From contig JAJHRB010000001.1 of NCBI GenBank assembly GCA_020833025.1, positions 6,943-70,942 of the forward strand: a stretch of DNA of 64,000 nucleotides, in the 5' to 3' direction. The stretch comes from Thermoproteaceae archaeon. Its GTDB lineage: Archaea > Thermoproteota > Thermoprotei > Thermoproteales > Thermoproteaceae. Made by a program: the position numbers and the translations under genes. Below are positions 8,837-17,898 of the stretch, piece by piece. The notes beneath the pieces are model-generated. The model saw only the letters and a list, made by a program, of their open reading frames with translations. It was not told where the DNA came from and ran no database searches. Each line of letters starts with the position of its first letter. The first letter of the stretch is position 1.

Positions 8837-8853
8837 TTAAAGTTAACTTTAAA
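8837..8853 (+). promoter_or_regulatory. Perfect 16-bp palindrome TTAAAGTTAACTTTAA overlapping the argG TATA box (TTTAAA, 8848-8853)
   Basis: Read directly from the sequence; about 22 nt before the AUG at 8875. Confidence 0.65.
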
Positions 8854-8874
8854 TTCATATTAACGAGAGCGAAC

Positions 8875-10091
8875 ATGGCGAGCAGCGCCTCGGGGCGAGC
8901 AGAATAGTACTTGCCTACTCGGGAGGTCTGGACACCACGGTAGCAATAAAGTGGCTAAGGGAGAAGTTCAATGCAGAGGTTTATACTGTCACTGTTGACG
9001 TCGGGCAGGAGGAGGACTTTGCAGAGATTGAGGAGAGGGCATACAAGGCAGGCGCAGTGCAGCACTTCTACATAGATGCAAAGAGAGAATTCGCCGAGGA
9101 ATACATATTTCGCTCTATTTTAATGAATGGAATGTATGAAGGGCTATACCCACTGGGGACCGCTCTGTCTAGGCCCCTAATAGCTAAGAGGGTTGTCGAG
9201 ATAGCCAGAAGGGTCGGAGCAGACGCAGTGGCGCACGGGTGCACCAGCAAGGGGAACGACCAGGTCAGGTTCGAGCTGACAATTAAGGCGCTCGCGCCTG
9301 ACCTGAAAATCATAGCGCCGGCGAGAGTGTGGGGCATGACGCGCGCTGAGGAGCTTGAGTACGCCAAGCGTCACGGACTGCCTGTGAGCGCCGAGCACAG
9401 GAAATTCAGCATTGACGACAATCTTTGGTCGAGGTCAGTAGAGGGGGGCCCGCTGGACGACCCGGCCGCGGAGCCCTCGGAAGAGGTCTTCAAGTGGACG
9501 GTCGCGCCAGAGAAGGCGCCAGACAAACCGACGTATCTGACGCTAGAATTTAGAGACGGGCTCCCAATTGCGATAAACGGCGAGAGAATGGACCCGCTCG
9601 CACTGGTGACCGCGCTTAACGGCATCGGCGGTGCAAACGGTATCGGCAGGATAGACCACATGGAGAGCAGGGTAGTGGGGCTTAAGAGCCGGGAGGTATA
9701 CGAGGCGCCAGCAGCCGTGATACTGTACCACGCGCACAGAGACCTCGAGAAGCTCGTGCTCACGCCGCGCGAGCTGAGATTTAAGCACGGGATTCTTGAC
9801 ACCACGTGGTCGGACCTAGTGTATCAGGGCCTGTGGGTCGAGCCGCTGCGCGTGGCGCTTGAGAGGGCAGCAGAGGAGATGGAGCGGTGGGTGACCGGCA
9901 CGGTGAGAGTAAAGCTCTACAAGGGCGCCCTCTGGATAGTGGGGAGGGAGTCGCCGTATAGTAGCTACAGCAGAGAGCTCGCCGACTACAATAGAGGGTG
10001 GTATCCGAGCGACGAGGAGGCCAGGGGATTCATTAAAATGTGGGGCCTCCACTCGCTGATCGCCATCAGGAGGCGCCGGCTGGCCGTCTAG
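8875..10091 (+). CDS. argG: Argininosuccinate synthase; the AUG at 8875 joins the ORF via a -1 shift at 8892-8895
   Basis: The essential [14 protein letters not shown]-loop lies in frame upstream of the tracked GTG at 9057 with no canonical in-frame start before it; [29 protein letters not shown]. Confidence 0.94.
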
Positions 10092-10345
10092 CCGGCGCGA
10101 AGAGGAAAGCACCAAAACTGGGCCGGGGAGGGAAAACAGGCGAGGTTTCAGTACCGCTGCCGGAGCGCAACTCGCGGCAACTGCCGCTAACACTCACGGC
10201 GATAATATAATGAGGGAATTGAGGGAGGGCGTTGCATGCCTCAAGAAGTCCGCGCGAAAGACGCCCCGGGCTTTCTGGCCCCGGAGGGCAGCGAGAGTGA
10301 GCGTGTCCTGCCACTCTCAAGCCTCGCTAGCTGTTTTAACTGTGG

Positions 10346-11563
10346 TCATGAGCGCGACCCCGAGCCCTCAAAGAAGTACAGCACAGCGGAAGGCCATGAC
10401 TTTGCTACTGGTGACACGTCGTCCACGCACCCTCCCACTATCTTGAGCGCCGCGAGCGCCATTAGGCCAATTCTGTGATCGCCGTGTGAGGGCAACACGA
10501 CGCCGCCTCTCCTGAGGGGCCCCCTCACGTGCAGTGTGCCGTCCTTGTACTCAGCATATGCGCCGAGCCTCCGCAGCACGTCGATGACAGAATTTATCCT
10601 GTCGCTCTCCTTAAACCGCAAGTGCTCCACCCCGCGGATTACTGAGAGGTCCTCTACCGTCGCGGCTGCCAGCGCCAGCGGCATGACTAAGTCAGTATTG
10701 TGCCTTAAATCTGCGTCAACTCCCCTGGCAAGCGCGCCGCTCACGCGCACGACGCCTCCTGCCTCGCTGATCCTGGCGCCCATTTTCTCCAGCGCCTCTA
10801 AGAGGGGCCTGTCGGTGCTGGCAACCGTGCACGCTATCTCCACGGTACCCCCAGTGGCGAGCGCCGCCACCGCGAGGAATGCTGCCAGGCTGAAGTCGCC
10901 AGGCACTTTAATGCTGCCGGGGCTTCTCAGCGTGCCGGAGACCTCCACGACGCTCCCCACGCTGACTCTCGCGCCAAAGGCCTTGAGAGCCTCGGCCGTC
11001 GCCTCGACAAAGCTCCAAGATCGCCTCTCGCCGAGGGGCTCCACGACTCCGCTTCCGCACAGCGCGGCGAGGTACATGAGGCCTGAGATGTATTGCGACG
11101 AGATGTCAGCCCTCACGCGCACGTGAAAGCTCTCGAGGCGCCTGCCCTCAACCACCACAAGGCCGGGCGCCCAGACGACTCTGGCAAGACCCCTCAAGGC
11201 GTCTACTAGCTCTCCGAGAGGTCTCTTTAGGAGAGTACCGCCGTATAGTATTGCAGTGATGCCTGGCACGCCTGTGTAAATGGCCGTGGACGCGCGCAGT
11301 ACGAACCCGCTCTCCATGACGCTAAAGGCTCTGAGGCGCTCCGGCTCTCTCCTATCAATCATCACGCTGGCTCCCTCCAGTCTCACGCTCGCCAGCGGTT
11401 TTACTGCCCTCAACGCTGCGATCACGTCATCGCTCAGCTCGACCCCGTCAATTATAGTCTCCCCGTCAGCAAGCGCGGCGGCAAGGATAAAACGCTGGGA
11501 GTACGGCTTCGACGGCGGCGCCGGGAATCTACCCCCGAGAGTGCCTCGCTCAATGCAGAACAT
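10346..11563 (-). CDS. aroA: 3-phosphoshikimate 1-carboxyvinyltransferase
   Basis: [32 protein letters not shown]. Confidence 0.92.
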   Translation of the reverse strand: MFCIERGTLGGRFPAPPSKPYSQRFILAAALADGETIIDGVELSDDVIAALRAVKPLASVRLEGASVMIDRREPERLRAFSVMESGFVLRASTAIYTGVPGITAILYGGTLLKRPLGELVDALRGLARVVWAPGLVVVEGRRLESFHVRVRADISSQYISGLMYLAALCGSGVVEPLGERRSWSFVEATAEALKAFGARVSVGSVVEVSGTLRSPGSIKVPGDFSLAAFLAVAALATGGTVEIACTVASTDRPLLEALEKMGARISEAGGVVRVSGALARGVDADLRHNTDLVMPLALAAATVEDLSVIRGVEHLRFKESDRINSVIDVLRRLGAYAEYKDGTLHVRGPLRRGGVVLPSHGDHRIGLMALAALKIVGGCVDDVSPVAKSWPSAVLYFFEGSGSRS

Positions 11564-12581
11564 GAACTACGTAGGAGGTGGCCCTTGCAACATCCTCAGG
11601 CCTGACCCTCTCCAGCACCCACCTCCCCAGCCTGACCACTAGCGGCATGTAGATGTACTCGCCGCGTCTCTTTTTGTCAAATTTTATCAGCGAGAGCGCG
11701 CCGGCAAGCTGCTCCCTCGACGCACGCGCCCGCGTTGGAAGCCCGAGCACCTCAAGCAGCGACCTCACGTCTGCAACAACGTCCTCGCGCAAGTAGCCCA
11801 GGTCGCGCGAGAGGTGGAGCTCTGCAACTATTCCGAGAGACACAGCCTCGCCGTGAAGGAGGCCCAGCACGCGCTCGAGAGCGTGTCCTACTGTGTGGCC
11901 TACATTCAGAACCTGCCTTATTCCCCTCTCCTCAAACTCGTCGATCTCAACCACTCTAGCCTTTATCTGAAGCGAGCGAAAAATTGCCGTCTCGAGCGCC
12001 CTCTCCTCCCGCCTCAGCAGCGCGTCCACGCCCTGCTTTATCCACGCGTAGAGCTCCTCGTCGAGCGCCACGCCATACTTCACCATTTCGGCAAACGCCG
12101 ACCGGTACGCCCTATCGGGCAGCGTGTCTAGCCATGACGTGTCGCAGAATATTAGCGAGGGCTGATAGAAGACGCCTATGAGGTTCTTGATGCTGCCGAC
12201 ATCGACCGCGCCCTTGCCTCCCAGTGCCGCGTCAATCATAGCGAGAAGCGTCGTGGGAACGCTCACGAGTCTAAGTCCCCTCATGTAGGTCCCAGCCGCA
12301 AAGGTAGCGACGTCGAGCAGCGCGCCCCCGCCCACGGCCACAAGGGCTGTTGACCTGTCGGCGCCTGCGCGCGCGAGAAATTCATATATCTTGAGCAGCG
12401 TGTCGAAACTCTTGACACCCTCGCCGCCCTTCAGTGCCAGCACGGGGACGCCGGGTATTGGCGGCCTGAGTCCCTCTTCGATTACCAGCACGGGTCTCTC
12501 TACCAGCTCTGAGTACGGGAGATCTCTCCCCACGACGACCTCGGTCATCCCGCGGCTATGTCTGTAAGCGAACCGCTTCAT
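11550..12581 (-). CDS. aroB: 3-dehydroquinate synthase
   Basis: [43 protein letters not shown]. Confidence 0.94.
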   Translation of the reverse strand: MKRFAYRHSRGMTEVVVGRDLPYSELVERPVLVIEEGLRPPIPGVPVLALKGGEGVKSFDTLLKIYEFLARAGADRSTALVAVGGGALLDVATFAAGTYMRGLRLVSVPTTLLAMIDAALGGKGAVDVGSIKNLIGVFYQPSLIFCDTSWLDTLPDRAYRSAFAEMVKYGVALDEELYAWIKQGVDALLRREERALETAIFRSLQIKARVVEIDEFEERGIRQVLNVGHTVGHALERVLGLLHGEAVSLGIVAELHLSRDLGYLREDVVADVRSLLEVLGLPTRARASREQLAGALSLIKFDKKRRGEYIYMPLVVRLGRWVLERVRPEDVARATSYVVHVLH

Positions 12582-13522
12582 CGCAGTCTCACGAGCTCCT
12601 CGGCCCTCGCCGCCACGCTCTCTGGCGTGAGGCCGAAGTGGTGGTAAAGATCGGCAGGGCTCTTTGCGCTCCTGCCATAGGACTTGAGGCCCATGATGGC
12701 GATTTTCGTCGGCCTTGTCTGGGACAGATACTCGGCGACGGCGGAGCCGAAGCCGCCGTGAACCATGTGCTCCTCGACCGTGACAATAGCGCCGGCTTTG
12801 GTCGCGTATTTCTCCACCGTGGAGTAGTCGAGGGGCTTAACAGTGGGGAAGTGCACTACGGCGGCCGATATTCCCCGGTCTTTTAGCAGCTGTGCTGCGT
12901 CAATGGCGCACGGCAGCATGATGCCAGTTGTAAATATCGCAACATCGCTCCCCTCTCTGATAACATACGCCCTGCCCACCTCGAACTTGTCGTAGAGTGA
13001 ACAGGTAACCGGGACGTGAAAATCCCTCCCGACCCTTATGTAGGCAGGCCCCCTTATTGCTGCCGATGCCATGACCGCCCTGTATACCTCGCACGAGTCC
13101 GCCGGGACTATTATGGTGAAATTAGGGAGAACTCTAAAGAGTGCGACGTCCTCCAGCGCTTGGTGTGACGGGCCGTCGTACGCGTCAGAAAATCCTGCGT
13201 GAGTCCCAACGAGCCTGACGGGAAGCGCGAGCCTGTCAACGGCGTTTCTGGCCTGCTCCCAGCCCCTTGCTAGGAACGCCGCGAACGTCACGGCGTACGG
13301 CATAAAGCCGGCCAGCGCTAAGCCGGCGGCGATCCCGACCAGCGCCTGCTCCGCAATGCCAACGTTGAAGTATCTCTCCGGGTGTCTCTCAGCGAAGAGC
13401 CTGGCCCTTGTGGGCTCCCCCGTATCTGCGACGAGCACGACAACATCCCCCCTTAAATCTCCGAGATCCGCCAGCGCGCGCCCCAGCGCCTCCCGGGGCG
13501 TTAGCTCTTCTAGCCCCGACAT
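12578..13522 (-). CDS. tktC: Transketolase, C-terminal subunit
   Basis: [32 protein letters not shown]. Confidence 0.92.
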   Translation of the reverse strand: MSGLEELTPREALGRALADLGDLRGDVVVLVADTGEPTRARLFAERHPERYFNVGIAEQALVGIAAGLALAGFMPYAVTFAAFLARGWEQARNAVDRLALPVRLVGTHAGFSDAYDGPSHQALEDVALFRVLPNFTIIVPADSCEVYRAVMASAAIRGPAYIRVGRDFHVPVTCSLYDKFEVGRAYVIREGSDVAIFTTGIMLPCAIDAAQLLKDRGISAAVVHFPTVKPLDYSTVEKYATKAGAIVTVEEHMVHGGFGSAVAEYLSQTRPTKIAIMGLKSYGRSAKSPADLYHHFGLTPESVAARAEELVRLR

Positions 13523-14342
13523 GCTAGAGACTGTGCGTACTGCAGGGCCTCGTCTCTCGATAGTCTCTGCCGGGGAGTTCCCTCGATGCCCGGCACTCCC
13601 CTCCCCCTCGCAGTTCTGGCAATAATCACTGCGGGTCTTGTGCTGCTCTCGGCCCTTTCAAGCGCCGAGACTATCTGCTCGTGGTCGTGCCCGTCGGTCT
13701 CGAGTACTTCAAAGCCGAGCGCTCTGAGCCTGCCCGGCAGGTCCCCCTTGCGCAGTACCTCCTCAACGCGCCCGTCGAGCTGTATGCCGTTGTAGTCCAC
13801 TATCGCGAGGAGATTAGTCAAGTTGTAGTGTGCCGCCGCGGCGAAGGACTCCCAGCTTAGCCCCTCGTCGAGCTCTCCGTCGCCAGTTATTAAGTACACG
13901 CGACCTCTGTTGCCCCTCAGCTTGAGGCCCAGGGAGAGGCCGACCGCCATGCTTATTCCCAGAGCCAGCGAACCTGAGTTGGGCACGTCGACAAACGGCG
14001 TGTCTGCCTCGGGGTGGTTCTGGAGGCGGCTGCCCAAGCTACCGGACTCCCTCAGCTCGTCGAGCGCTAGATAGCCCATTGCCGCGGCGAGCGCGTAAAT
14101 CGCGTGCACCGCGTGACCCTTAGACAGCACTAGGTAATTCCTGTTGCCCACGCCATTTGCTAGATTGAACTTCACTCTGCCAGTGCCGTAGAGCGCTACC
14201 AGTATGTCGAGCACCGAGAGAGACGACCCGAGGTGCATCCCGGGGTCGTAGCTCGCCATTAGGAGCAGGTATAGTCTCGCCCTGCACGCCAGCTCTCTCA
14301 GCTGCTGAACCCCGACCTCTCTAGTGCTGAGTACCCCTGCAT
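13510..14342 (-). CDS. tktN: Transketolase, N-terminal subunit; the AUG at 14342 joins the ORF via a -1 shift at 14337-14334 or 14313-14310
   Basis: HLGSSLS, LSKGHA, GSL..G, TPP motif GDGELDEG..N; the conserved first helix LRELACRARLYLLL is in frame upstream of ATG 14259 with no canonical start before it. Confidence 0.9.
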
Positions 14343-14434
14343 GGCCTGAAAGGGGGTCCGGTATTTAAGTAATCAGCACGTGCGCGCCACGCGCGCGGGT
14401 TTTTGTCCTTATAAGCAGACTAGGTAGCGGCCGC

Positions 14435-15415
14435 GTGGAGCGCTTGTTGAGAAACGTCGTGGAGGTAGTGACGCCCGAGGAGTTCTCCAGGCTGGGAGGC
14501 GGCGTGGCGTACCTCGGCTTCGAGCCGACCTGGCCAATACACGTTGGGTGGCTCGTGTGGGCTTTCAAGCTCGCAGAGCTCAAGGAAGCCGGCTTCGACG
14601 TGGTGCTGCTCGTCGCGACGTGGCATGCGTGGATAAATGACAAGGGGTCCGTGGAGGAGCTGAGGGAGCACGGCCGTAAAATAAAGTCATTTATCGAGAA
14701 AATTAGCAATTTCAAATATGTCAATAGCGACGACATTGTCAGCGACCCGAAGTACTGGGAGCTGGTGGTCAGGGTGGCGAAGGTGACCTCTCTGGCGAGA
14801 GTGAGGCGCGCGATACCAATAATGGGCAGGCAGGCCGAGGAGGTCATGCTCGACTTCTCGAAACTGCTGTACCCGGTCATGCAGGTCGCCGACATGCTCT
14901 ACCTTGGTGTCGACGTGGCGGTAGGGGGGCTCGACCAGCGTCGCGCTCACATGCTGGCAAGGGATGCGGCGGAGAGACTCGGCCTCAAGAAGCCGGTAGC
15001 CCTTCATGTGCCCGTGATCACCTCGCTCTCTGGCGTTGGGAGAATGGAGGGCATTCACGGAGAGCTTGACGAGATGTACGCAATGTACAAAATGAGCAAG
15101 TCGAGGCCGAGTAGCGCAATATTCGTCACGGACTCCGATGAGGAGATTCGCAAGAAGGTCTGGCTCGCGTACTGCCCGCCGAGGGAGACAAGGTTCAACC
15201 CTGTGTTTGAGATCGCAGCATACCTCCTCATCCCATACGCCGGGCCTCTCGAGGCAGGCGGGCGCCGCTACGAGGACCCGCGCGCGCTTGAGGGAGACTA
15301 CAGGAGCGGTGCCATCGATCCCAGGACTCTTAAGGAGGCCGTGGCGTCCGGCCTCATATCTTTATTCTCCAAGCTTAGGAGCTGCGCCGTTGGCAAGCCC
15401 GGCACAGCGGCATGA
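14435..15415 (+). CDS. tyrS: Tyrosine--tRNA ligase
   Basis: YLGFEPT, HVGW (HIGH-like), YPVMQVAD, GGLDQR, KMSKS. Confidence 0.95.
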   Translation: MERLLRNVVEVVTPEEFSRLGGGVAYLGFEPTWPIHVGWLVWAFKLAELKEAGFDVVLLVATWHAWINDKGSVEELREHGRKIKSFIEKISNFKYVNSDDIVSDPKYWELVVRVAKVTSLARVRRAIPIMGRQAEEVMLDFSKLLYPVMQVADMLYLGVDVAVGGLDQRRAHMLARDAAERLGLKKPVALHVPVITSLSGVGRMEGIHGELDEMYAMYKMSKSRPSSAIFVTDSDEEIRKKVWLAYCPPRETRFNPVFEIAAYLLIPYAGPLEAGGRRYEDPRALEGDYRSGAIDPRTLKEAVASGLISLFSKLRSCAVGKPGTAA

Positions 15416-15458
15416 TGCATTATAAGTTCAATAATGGTGTGCTACAATTCGCCACGAA

Positions 15459-16103
15459 ATGTTTAGATGCCAATCTAACTGTGCACTCTGCTGCAGAGTC
15501 AGCCCCGTGACCGTGCTGCCGCACGAAGTTTACGTGCTCCAGAGGCACGCGAGCGAGCTCGGCGTTAGAGCAGTTTTCACGCCTGCGTACAGAATTGCCG
15601 AGCTCAAGTCGGGCATGAGAATTGCCTTGAGCTACTTAATGCAGCTGGACGAGGAGGGAAAGTGTCCGTTCTTAATGGGCGTTAAGTGCGCAGTCCATGA
15701 CCTCTACAAGCCGCTGACGTGCCGTGCATTCCCCTACCTGCCGAGAGTAATAAAGTACGAGTTACTACCTCACTTGAGGGAGATAAGAATCAACGTCAAG
15801 TTTGTGATGTCAACGCTGTGTCCTGTCGTCAGAAGGGACCTCACGCCAGCCGCTGCCGCCATGATGTCTGACGTGAGCGTTGCCGCGGAGTATGCGCCAC
15901 ACGAGGTCAGGGCGGCTGTAGAGACCCTCAGAGGCAGGTATCTCTACGTTAAAATGCTTAACGAGCTCTGGAAGCGGGAAGTTGTCGAGCTTGACGAGGA
16001 GGGCAAGTATCTGTTCTTCCCCATAGTTAACGGCTTTGTGTTCCTGCGGCGCTTTTATCCAGACCTAACGCTGGACAAGCTCGTGCGAGCCCTCAGCGAG
16101 TAG
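15459..16103 (+). CDS. YkgJ-family cysteine-cluster (Zn/Fe-chelating) protein
   Basis: CQSNCALCC, CPFL..C, KPLTCRAFP. Confidence 0.8.
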   Translation: MFRCQSNCALCCRVSPVTVLPHEVYVLQRHASELGVRAVFTPAYRIAELKSGMRIALSYLMQLDEEGKCPFLMGVKCAVHDLYKPLTCRAFPYLPRVIKYELLPHLREIRINVKFVMSTLCPVVRRDLTPAAAAMMSDVSVAAEYAPHEVRAAVETLRGRYLYVKMLNELWKREVVELDEEGKYLFFPIVNGFVFLRRFYPDLTLDKLVRALSE

Positions 16104-16627
16104 AGGGACTCTTCACCATTCCGGCCTCACGCGCCACATCATTGACGGGCCGCCGGCTCCAGCAATCTGTGCCGTGAGCGCGGCGCGGCTTTTTAAGAGC
16201 TCCAGCACTGAGCGCACTCCTGACCGCTATGCAGCGGCGCCTCAAGAGCCGGCGGAGTGCTGCCCTCGCCAGGCCCCGCGGCAGCCCGGAATCCCGCCGT
16301 TTGAGATTTGGCAGAGAGCTCTCGGGCTGCTGGCTTGTAATAGATATTCTAGGCGGGGCGATGAGCGGGCAGGGGCGTGGAGCTCATTGCGCGACTTGCC
16401 GTGCAGTACAAGTGCCGGTCGTCGCAGACGTGCCGGAGGGCTCTCAATGAGAGGGCCCGGGCGGAGCAATAGCCGCCCCGCCGTAAGGAGGTCTCAATCC
16501 GGCATGCTGGAGCTGCAGGGCAGGCAGCTCAGGGTGCCCTCGCCGAATAACCGACCCGTTATACTAATCCGGATTAATATAATCCGGCCGGGGGCGCTGC
16601 CCGGGAGGCGGCCGGATTGAAATGGGC

Positions 16628-17803
16628 CTAGCTCGCGCCCCTTATTACCGCATCGACGTACTTCTTTCTCTCACTGTCGTATTCATCAGCAGCGTAGGGC
16701 TTTATCCTCGCTAGGATCTTCGGGAGGGCTGTGTACTCCAGCTCCTCAGGCGGCAGCCTGTGCGGCTGGAACGGGCCCATGCGGCGTATGTAATCCGCTA
16801 TCATTGCCGCCACGTGTCTCGTGTAATCAAAAGCAGGATCGTCAAACATGTCGACGGCTCCCTCTAGGTGGCCGTCGTGCAGCTGGAAGCCGAGGGCGCC
16901 TACCTTCGGCGGCCCGTCGAATCTCGTCATTTTTGGCCCTATGGCCATTCTCCTATCCGGGTCTATCAGCGCAAATCTTGCCGGCATTAACGGGCCTGCG
17001 TGGCTTCCGCGCATCCACCCGTGCACGAGGTGCGGGTGGGCGAACGCCTCTAGAATCTCGCCGACTGCCGGCAGTCCAGCCTGTGCCCTGGTTATCATGA
17101 CCGGGTCGTCCTTGCCGACGTACCTGCCGGCTATGAGTGAGAGTCTCTCGACGCTATTCACTGCCGCCACGAGCCCGTCCTTCCTGTAAACCCTCCTAAT
17201 GATGTACCTGCCCGTAGTACCCACGAGACCGAGCAGCGCGTAGGACTCCTCGGGCGTCTTCAGCAAGTACACCTTGTGCTCCTTCACATCCAAGACCTCG
17301 AACACGAAACCGTCGTGCATCGCCGGGTCTATTACAAGCCCAGCTGTGTTAAACGGGTCGGCGAATATCCGGTACAGCGGTAGGTTAAATGCGCCTGGCT
17401 CTGTCTTGTCGGCTGCAAAGGCAATTACGGGCTCACTAGGTCTTTCCTCTATTTCCATCTCGGCGACTTGCGGCCCCAGGCCGCGTATGTTACCTGAGAA
17501 GGCATCTTTAAGAAGATCCTGGCCTGCGCCGTACAGCTTGTACCTCTTGGCGACTTGCTCCGTGACCTCCTTAAACGTCTCCCACGCGAGTCCGTGAATC
17601 TCCGGGCTATCCTCGCCCTTTGTGTGCGTCATTAGCAGCGATATGTCGTCGCCGACGTTGAAGACGAAGTAATCAATTATGACCCCCCTCCTCTGCGCCT
17701 CCTTCAGCTTCGCGGCGGCGTACTCGAGCATTTTCGGGTGGACTTGCGCGTGCCCCGGAAACCCGCCGACGTCCGCCTTGATCAGCGACACCGTGACCTG
17801 CAT
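16628..17803 (-). CDS. fbp: Bifunctional fructose-1,6-bisphosphate aldolase/phosphatase (class V)
   Basis: KADVG, VGDD, YGAGQDLLKDAFSGN, GKDDP, GWMRGSH. Confidence 0.95.
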   Translation of the reverse strand: MQVTVSLIKADVGGFPGHAQVHPKMLEYAAAKLKEAQRRGVIIDYFVFNVGDDISLLMTHTKGEDSPEIHGLAWETFKEVTEQVAKRYKLYGAGQDLLKDAFSGNIRGLGPQVAEMEIEERPSEPVIAFAADKTEPGAFNLPLYRIFADPFNTAGLVIDPAMHDGFVFEVLDVKEHKVYLLKTPEESYALLGLVGTTGRYIIRRVYRKDGLVAAVNSVERLSLIAGRYVGKDDPVMITRAQAGLPAVGEILEAFAHPHLVHGWMRGSHAGPLMPARFALIDPDRRMAIGPKMTRFDGPPKVGALGFQLHDGHLEGAVDMFDDPAFDYTRHVAAMIADYIRRMGPFQPHRLPPEELEYTALPKILARIKPYAADEYDSERKKYVDAVIRGAS

Positions 17804-17898
17804 GTGCGGTTGCGGGCCGGGTTAGAAATATTTTGCTATTTGCTATATGGGCCTGGAGAGCCGGCGGCGACATTTAAAGCTGCCGAGTCGCCGGCGGG

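Noticed and set aside
1878-8920. Tiny bulge-helix-bulge mRNA introns in the thrC and argG 5' ends
   Set aside because: The BHB-like folds I could build give 13, 15 or 10 nt excisions, and none restores the frame (3n+2 is needed). Direct repeats spaced 14 nt (GGACG) and 17 nt (GCGAGCAG) would restore it, but no mechanism fits and tktN and the lysX-like gene lack such repeats.
10210-10350. Possible second tnpB fragment ([13 protein letters not shown]) after argG
   Set aside because: Only one CxxC and a few matching residues are present, which is too little to support a call.
13511-13522. tktC begins AUG UCG GGG CUA, the same slip motif but in frame
   Set aside because: A shift here would leave the ORF, and Leu is unrelated to the pathway. 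It is treated as coincidence and as a caution that NNG GGG alone is not diagnostic.
1910-14301. Termination-reinitiation at near-cognate codons overlapping the uORF stops (CUGA, AUAG)
   Set aside because: That overlap is forced by the frame geometry, so it is not independent evidence. It would also truncate conserved N-terminal residues in the lysX-like gene and does not explain the slip sites. It remains an alternative to test.
1782-14337. Homopolymer under-call (G5 read as G4) as the explanation of the four leader frameshifts
   Set aside because: G6-G7 runs inside genes are in frame (9443-9448, 19104-19110, 37526-37532), and no long conserved gene is broken internally. Error cannot explain the cognate Thr/Arg/Tyr/Phe codons or the second tktN site. 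It is disfavoured but not formally excluded without reads.
16361-16620. AUG AGC GGG CAG GGG CGU as another frameshift-gated gene
   Set aside because: The -1 product is low-complexity Arg/Ser/Pro/Gly sequence typical of a shadow ORF, with no recognisable protein.
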